A stretch of DNA of 32,000 nucleotides from Natronobacillus azotifigens (GTDB lineage Bacteria > Bacillota > Bacilli > Bacillales > Amphibacillaceae). The translations under genes were made by a program, and so were the position numbers. The stretch's first letter is position 1; each line of letters begins with the position of its first letter. Positions 16,277 to 25,367 of this stretch are shown piece after piece. The stretch spans positions 83,716 through 115,715 of the forward strand of contig NZ_JAPRAT010000005.1 of assembly GCF_026805325.1 (NCBI RefSeq), in the 5' to 3' direction. Below the pieces are notes generated by a model. The model was not told the DNA's origin. It ran no database searches and saw only the letters and a program-made list of their open reading frames with translations.

Positions 16277-18043
16277 ATGAAAAGATGGATAAATAATTCA
16301 GATGGCTCTTCTCTCATACTCGTTTTGCTAATGGTTGTTATTTTCACGGTTCTTGGCACGGCTCTACTCGGTTCTACTTTAACCGGGGTAAAAAATGTTA
16401 ACTTTCGACAACATGATACACAAGCACTACATTCTTCTCAAATGGGGGTTGACTATGCATTAGCTTATATTGATAGTAGCTTTGACGATTATCGAGATGA
16501 AGAAGGCAGTATTGACTTAACAAGTTTAGGTTATAACCCAGAAGACTTTGGTGAGGACTTTTCATTTGTCGATGTGTTTACGTCATTATTATTAGATATT
16601 CTTCAACCTTTTCAAGATGGATACGCTTCCCCAGATCAAAATTTCACCTTAACATTTGATCCAACTGATTTAGATTTACGGGAATCCGATTCATTTGTAG
16701 AAGGAAACTTTGATATCAAAAGTATTGGTACTTCAGGAGGGGTTAGTAAGGAGATTATCTATACACTATCTCTTTCCGCGAGTGGAGTTTTTGAAGTGCT
16801 AAGTTACGCAGTTGGGGCTGAGGGAAATGTGTTTCTTCATGGCGCCTCAACTATTGAAGGAGATCTTTATACTGGTAATAATTTATATGTTTATAACCAT
16901 GCACAGGTATTTAGTAGCGGTGATCATTATATTCCATCGCTCTATCCTTGCGTAGATTCAGATAACTCTACTGTGTTAGGGCAAATTATTAGAGTAAATA
17001 ATATTTCAAATTATCAGCGTCACTTAAACCAAAATACTCATGCAAGTTACACTTCCATGCAACCAGAGCACTACGCTAACGTCTTTAGCTGTTCTCCCCC
17101 AACAATATCAAGTGTGGAAGCCGATTTTTCATCTATTGAAGCAACTAGCTCTGAAAACCGATTTAAGATTAATTCTCCTGATGTTCAACCAAATGGAGAT
17201 CACAGACCTTACTTGTCATGGAGATACTTAGAACTAGAAGGGAGTTATGCGGACAAATTGGTAAAACCTAGATTTAATTCTTTATCTCCTCGATTAAATT
17301 ATACACAACATTTTGGTGGACTTCATCTTGAAGGAGATTCTGATATTCGGGATGGGGCCAATCTTACTTTCGGTTGGCAAGATGCATCCGGCGCATTTAG
17401 AGGTGGATTATATGTAGACGGGAACCTTTACATCGGGGATCGTAATACAAGTAGTAATGCCAATAACGTCAATAATTATGAAGACATATCTATAAAAGGC
17501 CCTGTCTATGTTACTGGAGATTTAATTATTCGTGGAGCTGACGTACAATTTGACTCCACATTATATGTAGCTGGTGATACAGAAATTCGTAACTCTCGAT
17601 TGCGTGGTATACAATCTGGAGAAGAAGGTGAATCATCACTTGTATTATTTGGAGATGGGGAAGTAAAAATAAGTAATATTAGTTCTTTTGAAAATGATCG
17701 CTCACGAATTAGTAGGGTCAGAGGTTTTTTCTATTCCAATGAAAGGTTAGAGATTTACGGTGTTGGTTCTAATATTGAAATAGAGGGTGGAATATTTGCA
17801 AAGGATATCGTATTAAATGCTATTAGAGGAGATTCGTTTAATCAAAATAATAGATGGGGATACTACAGTCCTTCTGGTGTTTCATGGTCATTTGAACGGA
17901 GTAATAGGCAAGCAACTCTTAGTAGCAACGATTCCAGATTGCGAATAAAACACAACCCTAACCTGATTGAAAATCCACCTGATGCACTTCCATCTGCTGA
18001 TAATATCGTTATTAGAGAGTCCAACAGAAATATTATAAACTAA
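16277..18043 (+). CDS. Large PilX-N-domain pilus-associated protein with a predicted beta-helical C-terminal region (putative tip or adhesin component)
   Basis: The N-terminus MKRWINNSDGSSLILVLLMVVIFTVLGTALLGSTL resembles the PilX N-terminal hydrophobic segment and has no Glu+5. The C-terminal half has repeated G-D/N-L-Y/I-V turns (GDLYTGNNLYVYN, GGLYVDGNLYIGD, VYVTGDLIIRGADV, LYVAGDTEIRNS). Confidence 0.6.
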   Translation: MKRWINNSDGSSLILVLLMVVIFTVLGTALLGSTLTGVKNVNFRQHDTQALHSSQMGVDYALAYIDSSFDDYRDEEGSIDLTSLGYNPEDFGEDFSFVDVFTSLLLDILQPFQDGYASPDQNFTLTFDPTDLDLRESDSFVEGNFDIKSIGTSGGVSKEIIYTLSLSASGVFEVLSYAVGAEGNVFLHGASTIEGDLYTGNNLYVYNHAQVFSSGDHYIPSLYPCVDSDNSTVLGQIIRVNNISNYQRHLNQNTHASYTSMQPEHYANVFSCSPPTISSVEADFSSIEATSSENRFKINSPDVQPNGDHRPYLSWRYLELEGSYADKLVKPRFNSLSPRLNYTQHFGGLHLEGDSDIRDGANLTFGWQDASGAFRGGLYVDGNLYIGDRNTSSNANNVNNYEDISIKGPVYVTGDLIIRGADVQFDSTLYVAGDTEIRNSRLRGIQSGEEGESSLVLFGDGEVKISNISSFENDRSRISRVRGFFYSNERLEIYGVGSNIEIEGGIFAKDIVLNAIRGDSFNQNNRWGYYSPSGVSWSFERSNRQATLSSNDSRLRIKHNPNLIENPPDALPSADNIVIRESNRNIIN

Positions 18044-18048
18044 AACCT

Positions 18049-18090
18049 AAAATAACACCTTACAAGAAGGAACTTGTAAGGTGTTATTTT
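18049..18090. terminator. Bidirectional rho-independent terminator shared by the convergent minor-pilin operon and the GGDEF gene
   Basis: A perfect 18-bp stem AAAATAACACCTTACAAG / CTTGTAAGGTGTTATTTT has a 6-nt loop and is flanked by A and T runs. Confidence 0.9.
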
Positions 18091-18127
18091 AGTTTATTTC
18101 CAAATTCCAAACATATTTTTCAAAAAT

Positions 18128-19876
18128 CTATACTTGATACGCAGATACTTTATTCCGACCGTTATGCTTTGCTCCCACATACATGGTTCGATCTGCTAGA
18201 CGTACAAGTTCCATTGGATCATCACAATGATCCGGGTAACTTGCGATTCCTAAACTCGCTGTTAAGTGAATATCTACCTTTTCTCGATCAGCGTCCATAT
18301 GGTTAACACAGCAGAATGGTTCACCTGCAATAATTAGTCGTAGATCTTCCGCAATTTGGAGACCTTCCTGATGAATACTATTCGGCAAAAAGACCAAAAA
18401 TTCCTCCCCACCGTATCGAGCAACACACCCACGATCTCCAATGAAGTCCTTCATACGGTTCGCTAATTTTTGTAACACTTCATTTCCACATTCATGTCCA
18501 TACGTATCATTAACTTTTTTAAAACGGTCCAAATCTAGAAGAATTAATGAACAGGATTGTGAAGCTTCGATTTGTTCCTCCACAGTTGCTGCAATATCTG
18601 ACATCCACGCTTGTTGTTGCTGATTTCTTATTGTAGCAATTGTCTGTTCAATAAATCGGAAATTTGGTAACCCTGTCAAATGGTCGGTCAGACCTTCTGC
18701 TTGAGATTCTTCATAATGCTTAGCATTCTCTAGAGCAATACCTAAATAGTTGTTCAAAACCTTTAAAATTACCAATAAATTCCCATCAAAAGCGTGCTTT
18801 TGTTTCGCTACCAACACAATGATGGAAACGATTTCTTGATTTCGTTTCACAGGAGTCGCAACAAGACTTTCCCCCATCTCTCTCAAATGTTCTGGCACTC
18901 GATCTTTCCACCCTTTTCCCGTGGACACACTAATCATTTGGTCACTATCTCTAGCTTCTACCAAAACCGATTGGTTATTTAATGAAATATTTACTTGTTT
19001 GTTAACAATACCACTCTCTTTTTCATAGCTTCGTATTAATTGCACATTATTTTGATCTTGAACATCATAAACCGCAACACAGGAAATCGTAAAGATCTCT
19101 GGAAGGTCCGTTAAATACGTATCTACAACATCCGATCGATTTAAATGACCAGTTAGTTTTTGGGCAATTTGGTTCGCACTTTGTAAATACACGTTTATCG
19201 TTTTGCTCGCATAATACATTTTAATGCTTATCGATACACTGATGATTGGGATTCCAACTACATAAATACCTGCTACTCCAAATGCCTCATACATATAGAC
19301 GAGAATCAATGCAATAGGAATCATGTAAACATTCATCATTAGGGAAAAATAAAATCCCTCGTCAAAAATCTTAACTTTTCTATTATATAGGGAAATCTGG
19401 ATGATTTTTAATAAAGCTTGATTGGCAACAAAAACAATAACAGCATAACCAAAGATCCCAAGAAGATCTGTTCTACCCAAAAAATACATGTCTTCAAATA
19501 AATAATAAACAATCGCACCTAAAAGGGAGATAATTGAGAACATTAGCAAATTCAAAGGAATTCTAAAAATATCATTTTTATTGATTTTCAAGCGAAAGAT
19601 AACAGTTAAGATCGCAATTTGAGTAACGATCATTTCAACACCCAACCCGAAGATCAGAAATGTGGCTAAACTCACACTATTCACTAAGAAAACGGGTGTA
19701 TTATTTAGTGTAATTGGAAATAATGCGACAATGATTCCAAGTAAGACAAAGGAAAAAACCGTTGGATAATCGATCGGTGCTGATACAGGAAAGTTATAGT
19801 AAATAAAAATTAAAATTAATGGCCAAAAGATTGCCCACAAACCCCATATACCTTGTCTTTTAGCTTTTGATATCAT
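18128..19876 (-). CDS. Membrane-bound GAF-GGDEF diguanylate cyclase
   Basis: The first roughly 230 aa are polytopic, with several TM segments by eye. The middle is GAF-like (...IVSIIVLVAKQKHAFDGNLLVILKVLNNYLGIALENAKHYE). The C-terminal GGDEF domain has LTGLPNFR, LDLDRFKKVNDTYGH and an intact RYGGEEF. ATG 19876 has AAGGGAG 8 nt upstream; the ORF track starts at GTG 19885. Confidence 0.88.
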   Translation of the reverse strand: MISKAKRQGIWGLWAIFWPLILIFIYYNFPVSAPIDYPTVFSFVLLGIIVALFPITLNNTPVFLVNSVSLATFLIFGLGVEMIVTQIAILTVIFRLKINKNDIFRIPLNLLMFSIISLLGAIVYYLFEDMYFLGRTDLLGIFGYAVIVFVANQALLKIIQISLYNRKVKIFDEGFYFSLMMNVYMIPIALILVYMYEAFGVAGIYVVGIPIISVSISIKMYYASKTINVYLQSANQIAQKLTGHLNRSDVVDTYLTDLPEIFTISCVAVYDVQDQNNVQLIRSYEKESGIVNKQVNISLNNQSVLVEARDSDQMISVSTGKGWKDRVPEHLREMGESLVATPVKRNQEIVSIIVLVAKQKHAFDGNLLVILKVLNNYLGIALENAKHYEESQAEGLTDHLTGLPNFRFIEQTIATIRNQQQQAWMSDIAATVEEQIEASQSCSLILLDLDRFKKVNDTYGHECGNEVLQKLANRMKDFIGDRGCVARYGGEEFLVFLPNSIHQEGLQIAEDLRLIIAGEPFCCVNHMDADREKVDIHLTASLGIASYPDHCDDPMELVRLADRTMYVGAKHNGRNKVSAYQV

Positions 19877-19926
19877 GTAAAACACTCCCTTCTTGTATAT
19901 TTCTCAACAGAATTTAGCTAATCTAG

Positions 19927-20108
19927 TTCGTTTATCCCGGAGCAACCGTCCGTAAGACTACCACTTCAAAACAACGAGAATATCAAGTTGTTTAAGTGGG
20001 AGTAACGGACGCTAGCACCCCGAATAGTACAAGGGCCTTTAGGTCATCCTTTAGGGCTAACAATCAGTGAGGGATACCTAAAAACCCCACTGATTGAAGT
20101 TTCACTTT
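19927..20108 (-). repeat. Interspersed structured repeat, copy A (about 182 bp, reverse orientation relative to copies B and C)
   Basis: Its reverse complement aligns almost base for base with 31718-31888: AAAGTGAAACTTCAATCAGTGGG...CTGATTGTTA(A/G)CCCTAAAGG...TTCGGGGTGCTAGCG...TTACTCCCACTTAAAC...GAAGTGG(G/T)AG(G/T)CTTACGGACGGTTGCTCCG(A/G)GATAAAC. It carries a 12-nt internal duplication (atgacctaaagg). Confidence 0.9.
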
Positions 20109-20145
20109 ATTGTATTATTACTAAAATAACATACATCAGTACTTA

Positions 20146-21426
20146 TTACTTAATATATTGTCTGACTTTTCCAACAAAATCCAAAGAACCTGCGACAAAA
20201 GTAATGCGAGAGTTTTGTTCACTATTTATTATTTGATCGATGACAGACCGCCAATTTCCTTCATCACGTTTATAGGGATGGGAGGAAAGAGCATATAAAC
20301 TTGCACTAGTTGAAGCACGTAGATGTTCAAAGGTTGTGAAAACAATTTGATCAAAATGATCATCTACCTTCTCAATCATTCGTTTTAATGGCTTGTCTTG
20401 AAATGCAGCAAAAACAAGTTGTTTTGCTTGTCCAGGATATGTCCGATCTATCGTTGCAAGAAGTGCATTTATGCTTGCTTCGTTATGTGCTCCATCAATA
20501 ATGATCATTGGATCTCGATGAATCACTTCAAATCGAGCGGGAATTTGTGCTTTTTTTACCCCCATTTGAATCACTTCATTGGTTATAGAAGGATAATTTT
20601 CTTTTAGTAAGAGTAAAGACATAATAGACAGAGAGGCATTCTCAATTTGATGAACTCCTGCCATTGCTAAGGTAATCGCAATATCTTCCTGGTGATAACG
20701 AAAATGAAACTGTTCTTGCCTGTTCTGATTCATCGTTACTTTTTGTGCAAAAAAATCACTGTTCCATTGATAAACTGGGGCCTGTTTCTTTGTAGCATTT
20801 TTAACAATGACATGACGGGCTGATTCAGGCAATTTTCCAATAACAACAGGTCTATCTTGCTTAACGATCCCTGTCTTGTGGGTTGCAATTTCTTGTAAGG
20901 TGTCGCCTAGAAACTCGACATGGTCAAGTCCGATAGAAGTAATAATAGATAGAAGGGGAGTAAAGCAATTTGTTGCATCTTCTTTACCTCCCATACCCGC
21001 TTCAATAATTGCAATATCGCTCACATCAGCGAAAAACTGCATTGCAATAGCAACGATAATTTCAAACGCACTAGCCGGATTATTCTTTTCATCTAATTCG
21101 GAAATAATCGGTTGTAATGCAACAAAATAGCGGATAAAATCTTCATCTTGAATTGGCTCACCGTTTATTTGGATCATCGCTTGTCTTGTAGTTATACTTG
21201 GGGAGGAAAAAGTGCCTACACGATAACCTGCCGTTTCAAATGTTTTTGATAGGTAGGTTAATGTAGATCCTTTACCATTCGTACCAGCTATATGAATTGC
21301 ATTTAGCTCTTTCTCAGGGTTGCCTACTGCTTGTAACAAAAGTTCCATTCGATCTAATCCTGGTTTAATTCCAACTTTATTTCTTTCGGTAAAAAATTGA
21401 TCTATTCTATCGATCTTTATACTCAT
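20146..21426 (-). CDS. folC: Folylpolyglutamate synthase / dihydrofolate synthase
   Basis: 426 aa with the Mur-ligase P-loop IHIAGTNGKGST. It sits directly downstream of valS as in B. subtilis. Confidence 0.92.
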   Translation of the reverse strand: MSIKIDRIDQFFTERNKVGIKPGLDRMELLLQAVGNPEKELNAIHIAGTNGKGSTLTYLSKTFETAGYRVGTFSSPSITTRQAMIQINGEPIQDEDFIRYFVALQPIISELDEKNNPASAFEIIVAIAMQFFADVSDIAIIEAGMGGKEDATNCFTPLLSIITSIGLDHVEFLGDTLQEIATHKTGIVKQDRPVVIGKLPESARHVIVKNATKKQAPVYQWNSDFFAQKVTMNQNRQEQFHFRYHQEDIAITLAMAGVHQIENASLSIMSLLLLKENYPSITNEVIQMGVKKAQIPARFEVIHRDPMIIIDGAHNEASINALLATIDRTYPGQAKQLVFAAFQDKPLKRMIEKVDDHFDQIVFTTFEHLRASTSASLYALSSHPYKRDEGNWRSVIDQIINSEQNSRITFVAGSLDFVGKVRQYIK

Positions 21427-21544
21427 ATTGATCGTACTTCCCCCTTATTTCCTATATCTAATTCCTTAATTATACCAAACAATTTGTCAAATAGCGTAAA
21501 TATTATAAAAATTCTTTATGTATTTCCTCAAAAAATTAGTCATC

Positions 21545-21600
21545 ATAAAAACGAAAATCTCCCCTTTAGCGTAACAGATTTTCTCTGTGCAAAAGGGGAG
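21545..21600 (-). terminator. Rho-independent terminator after valS
   Basis: On the minus strand, CTCCCCTTT ...(inner ACAGA/TCTGT stem)... AAAGGGGAG is followed by ATTTTCGTTTTTAT. Confidence 0.75.
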
Positions 21601-21639
21601 TATTCCCGTTATTAACCTATCAAGTTTTTAACCAACGAA

Positions 21640-24288
21640 TTATTGCTGTAATTCTTCGATTCGAGCAGCAACTTTCGCGCGTTTCTCTAAATAGTCAGCC
21701 TCTTTTTGTCGTTCTTCCTCTACTACCTTTTCTGGAGCCTTTTTCGTAAATCCTTCATTCGCTAATTTCTTTTGTACACGTTCTACCTCTTTGTTCAATT
21801 TCTCTAATTCTGCTTGCAGACGTGCAATTTCTTTTTCGGCATCAATTAAACCAGCCAATGGCAGATACAATTCTGCACCGGTAACAACAGCTGACATTGC
21901 TTTTTCTGGGGCTTTCACATCGATTGCGATTGTCAGTTCACTTGTGTTACAGAAACGGTCAAGATAATGACGATTATCTTTCAGTTGTTGTTCGATAGTT
22001 GGATCATTTGCTTTTATCGCTAAAACAATCTGTTTCGACATTGGTGTATCCACTTCAGCTCGGATGTTACGTACCGATCGGATAATACCAACTAACCGTT
22101 GCATCTCTGCTGCAGACTGTGGATCATTTAATGCGTCGTTAACTTCTGGCCAAGCTGCTTGCGTTATCGACTCTCCTTCATGTGGAAGGTACTGCCAGAT
22201 TTCTTCTGTCACAAATGGCATGAACGGATGAAGCATGCGCATGATTTGATCGAGCACATGAACAAGCACTGATCGTGTTGTTTGCTTTGCTTGCTCATCT
22301 TCTCCATACAACGGTAATTTAGCCATTTCAATATACCAATCACAGAAGTCATCCCAGATGAAGTTGTACAAGTACCTTCCTGCTTCCCCAAAGTCATATC
22401 GTTCAGTTTGCTTATTTACTTGAGTAATCGTTTCATTAAGTCTTGTGAGGATCCATTTATCCGCAACATTTTTTTCTGTTGTTAAATCAATCTCGTTATA
22501 TTTCATGCCTTCCACGTTCATTAACACAAAACGAGATGCATTCCAGATTTTATTGATAAAGTTCCATGTCGATTCTACCTTTTCCCATTGGAATCGCAAA
22601 TCTTGGCCAGGAGTTGAGCCGGTTGCTAAGAAATAACGTAAAGAATCTGCTCCATACTTTTCGATAACATCCATTGGATCAACACCATTGCCTAGAGATT
22701 TACTCATTTTTCGTCCATCGGCATCACGCACAAGACCGTGAATGAGTACATCTTTAAATGGACGTTCATCTGTAAATTTTTTTGATTGAAAAATCATTCG
22801 AGCTACCCAGAAGAAAATGATGTCATAACCGGTAACTAATGTGCTGGTTGGGAAGTAGCTTTGGAAATCAGGATCTTCCGTATCTGGCCAGTTCATGGTA
22901 GAGAACGGCCATAGTGCAGAAGAGAACCACGTATCTAAAACATCTGTGTCTTGTTCCCAGTTTTCACTATCAGCTGGCGCTTCTTTCCCTACATAAATTT
23001 CTCCTGTTTCTTTATGATACCAAGCAGGGATGCGATGTCCCCACCATAGTTGGCGAGAAATACACCAATCACGGATATTTTCCATCCAACGCAGATACGT
23101 ACCTTCAAATCTTTCTGGAACAAAATTTACTTTTTCAGAAGAATTCTTTTGTTGTAATTCAACTGCTGCATCTGCTAAAGGCTGCATATGAACAAACCAT
23201 TGTGTTGATAAATATGGTTCTACAACAGCCCCACTACGCTCGGAATGTCCAACTGAATGAATATGTTCTTCAATTTTGAATAGAATCCCTTCCTCTTGAA
23301 GGTCTTTTACTAATTGTTTTCGACATGCAAAGCGATCTAATCCTTTATATTTTCCCGCTTTCTCGTTCATCGTTCCATCTTCATTCATGACAAGCACGCG
23401 CTCTAAATTATGACGATTCCCGATTTCAAAGTCATTCGGATCGTGAGCTGGAGTAATTTTTACTGCACCAGAACCAAATTCCATATCAACATAGTCATCT
23501 GCAACAATTTCAATTTCTCGCCCAACGATAGGTAAAACAACTTTTTTTCCAATTAAATGTTGATAACGTTCATCTTTTGGATGAACAGCAACAGCTGTAT
23601 CTCCCAGCATTGTTTCCGGACGTGTTGTAGCAATTTCAATATATCCTTCTTCGTCTTTGAGTGGATATCTCATATGATAGAAATGACCAGTTACTTCTTC
23701 ATGAATCACTTCAATATCAGAAAGTGCTGTTTTCGTAGCAGGATCCCAGTTAATAATATATTCTCCGCGATAAATTAAACCTTCCTCATACAATTTCACG
23801 AATACTTCTTTAACTGCTTCTGATAAACCTTCATCAAGCGTAAAACGTTCTCTTGAATAATCTAAACCTAGACCCATTTTTGCCCATTGTTCGCGAATAA
23901 AAGAAGCATAAGATTCTTTCCAGTCCCACGCTTTCTCAAGAAACTTTTCACGACCTAGGTCATAACGACTTACTCCTTCTTCACGAAGTTTAGCTTCTAC
24001 CTTTGCTTGAGTCGCAATTCCTGCATGGTCCATTCCTGGCAAATATAGAACATCATAGCCTTGCATCCGTTTCATTCGCGCAATAATATCTTGCAACGTT
24101 GTATCCCATGCATGACCAATGTGTAGCTTCCCTGTAACATTTGGTGGTGGTATTACTACCGTATACGGTTGTTTCGTTTCTTCTCTTGTTGCCTCAAAAA
24201 ATTTCCCTTCCACCCAATATTGATAACGCCCAGCTTCTACAGCTGTCGAATCATACTTCGGTGGTAAATTTTGTCCATTTTCTGTCAT
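21640..24288 (-). CDS. valS: Valine--tRNA ligase
   Basis: 882 aa with the HIGH motif ([13 protein letters not shown]), KMSKS, an editing domain and a C-terminal coiled coil. RBS is AAAAGGAGGAC. Confidence 0.98.
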   Translation of the reverse strand: MTENGQNLPPKYDSTAVEAGRYQYWVEGKFFEATREETKQPYTVVIPPPNVTGKLHIGHAWDTTLQDIIARMKRMQGYDVLYLPGMDHAGIATQAKVEAKLREEGVSRYDLGREKFLEKAWDWKESYASFIREQWAKMGLGLDYSRERFTLDEGLSEAVKEVFVKLYEEGLIYRGEYIINWDPATKTALSDIEVIHEEVTGHFYHMRYPLKDEEGYIEIATTRPETMLGDTAVAVHPKDERYQHLIGKKVVLPIVGREIEIVADDYVDMEFGSGAVKITPAHDPNDFEIGNRHNLERVLVMNEDGTMNEKAGKYKGLDRFACRKQLVKDLQEEGILFKIEEHIHSVGHSERSGAVVEPYLSTQWFVHMQPLADAAVELQQKNSSEKVNFVPERFEGTYLRWMENIRDWCISRQLWWGHRIPAWYHKETGEIYVGKEAPADSENWEQDTDVLDTWFSSALWPFSTMNWPDTEDPDFQSYFPTSTLVTGYDIIFFWVARMIFQSKKFTDERPFKDVLIHGLVRDADGRKMSKSLGNGVDPMDVIEKYGADSLRYFLATGSTPGQDLRFQWEKVESTWNFINKIWNASRFVLMNVEGMKYNEIDLTTEKNVADKWILTRLNETITQVNKQTERYDFGEAGRYLYNFIWDDFCDWYIEMAKLPLYGEDEQAKQTTRSVLVHVLDQIMRMLHPFMPFVTEEIWQYLPHEGESITQAAWPEVNDALNDPQSAAEMQRLVGIIRSVRNIRAEVDTPMSKQIVLAIKANDPTIEQQLKDNRHYLDRFCNTSELTIAIDVKAPEKAMSAVVTGAELYLPLAGLIDAEKEIARLQAELEKLNKEVERVQKKLANEGFTKKAPEKVVEEERQKEADYLEKRAKVAARIEELQQ

Positions 24289-24349
24289 GTTTATGTCCTC
24301 CTTTTGGTGTAGGTGTAATCCTACTTCCCTCTAAACAATGCTCTGAAAT

Positions 24350-24483
24350 AAAGTGGAATTTCGATCAGTGGGAGTTTTAGGTTTTCACCCACTAATTGTT
24401 AGGTAAACCATTTGCGGTGCTAGTGTCCGTTACTCTACTTAAACACTGTATTGAAGTGGGAGTCTTACGGACGGTTACTCTAG
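24350..24483 (+). repeat. Interspersed structured repeat, copy B (about 134 bp, shorter and more diverged)
   Basis: It reads AAAGTGGAATTTCGATCAGTGGGAG...CCCACTAATTGTTAGG...GCGGTGCTAGTGTCCGTTACTCTACTTAAAC...TTGAAGTGGGAGTCTTACGGACGGTTACTC. It keeps the same two hairpins as copies A and C. It lies between the T-box terminator and the valS RBS. Confidence 0.85.
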
Positions 24484-24494
24484 AAAAATGCTAA

Positions 24495-24797
24495 TATAAA
24501 AAACCCTATTCATCCTAATAGAAAGGACGAAAAGGGTTATATTCCGTGGTACCACCTTTGTTTATAGCTGAACCCTTCCTACCAAAAGGTTCATGCTATA
24601 CACTTGTTAGATTTTAACGGTTTCTAACCGGCTTCCCCTACTGAACCTAATTATAAATACTCACTAGGCGTTCAAAGAAACTGCTTCCGAGGCTACCTTC
24701 CAAATCAATTTAACCTAGAAAATCTTTCAGCATATGATTTTCCTCTCTTAAGGTTTTGGGTTTGTACTCTTCCTCATCATTGCATTTCACATTGTAT
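24495..24797 (-). promoter_or_regulatory. T-box riboswitch leader of valS (valine specifier)
   Basis: Minus-strand elements: GA/AGTA motif TGATGAGGAAGAGTA, AGAGA box, candidate specifier GUA (24694-24696) within GGAAGGUAGCC, F-box-like CCGTTA, and the T-box sequence AAAGGTGGTACCACGGA (24543-24560). The terminator AACCCTTTTCGTCC...GGATGAATAGGGTT plus TTTTTTAT lies at 24496-24538. Confidence 0.85.
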
Positions 24798-24804
24798 AAC
24801 AGTT

Positions 24805-24834
24805 ATTTTATCCAATTCAGCTAGTAAAAGTCAA
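24805..24834 (-). promoter_or_regulatory. Sigma-A-type promoter for the valS T-box leader
   Basis: On the minus strand: TTGACT (24829-24834), an 18-nt spacer, then TAAAAT (24805-24810). Confidence 0.55.
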
Positions 24835-25031
24835 CAAAGAATGCAAGGATTCTTCAATTTCAGTATTTATTTGTAGTTTTGAAGTGAAGATCGAACGAAT
24901 TCATTTCCCAACAGGAAGATATATTATTTGTTTGTAAAGGAACAACGAGACATGTACGAGGAAAAAGGAGTAACACGCTTTAGGCGTTTCATCATAAGAT
25001 ACACCAAAAGGAACAAAAAAGAGGTGGAGAA

Positions 25032-25220
25032 ATGGCACAATTTTATCGCTACCGACTGCCACCATGGCTACGTCAGTGGATATTAGTTATTGAGTCTTGG
25101 ATGATACCTATCTGTGTATTTCAAGGAATTCGAACATTACTTTTCCCAACTACTTTTGATGTAATTTTATTGTTTTTACTGCTTGGTCTGTATATTTGTT
25201 TTTATTTAAAATGGATATGA
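25032..25220 (+). CDS. Small hydrophobic protein (62 aa, two predicted TM segments), function unknown
   Basis: A strong RBS AGAGGTGGAG precedes the ATG. The sequence is hydrophobic (WILVIESWMIPICVF..., VILLFLLLGLYICFYL). A weak hairpin GGAGTttttACTCC lies downstream. Confidence 0.5.
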   Translation: MAQFYRYRLPPWLRQWILVIESWMIPICVFQGIRTLLFPTTFDVILLFLLLGLYICFYLKWI

Positions 25221-25367
25221 AGTAAAAGTTTGATCCGCGGGGAGTTTTTACTCCTTGTGGATTGTTTATTTTGTCATAAACGAACAAATAATTACGAATA
25301 GCAACAACTATCAGTGGTGCAATAAGACTGTGAGTATACTTTTCGGACATCTTTATGATGCTTGGGT

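Noticed and set aside
19927-20108. The interspersed repeat as a rho-independent terminator or a MITE
   Set aside because: No U-tract follows either hairpin in either orientation. No terminal inverted repeats or obvious target-site duplications are visible at the three copies. It is therefore kept as an unclassified structured repeat.
24951-25082. Short 43-codon plus-strand ORF (MYEEKGVTRF...) upstream of the 62-aa membrane-protein gene
   Set aside because: It has no convincing RBS and overlaps the RBS and start of the better-supported small ORF. Its highly basic, low-complexity sequence is probably chance.
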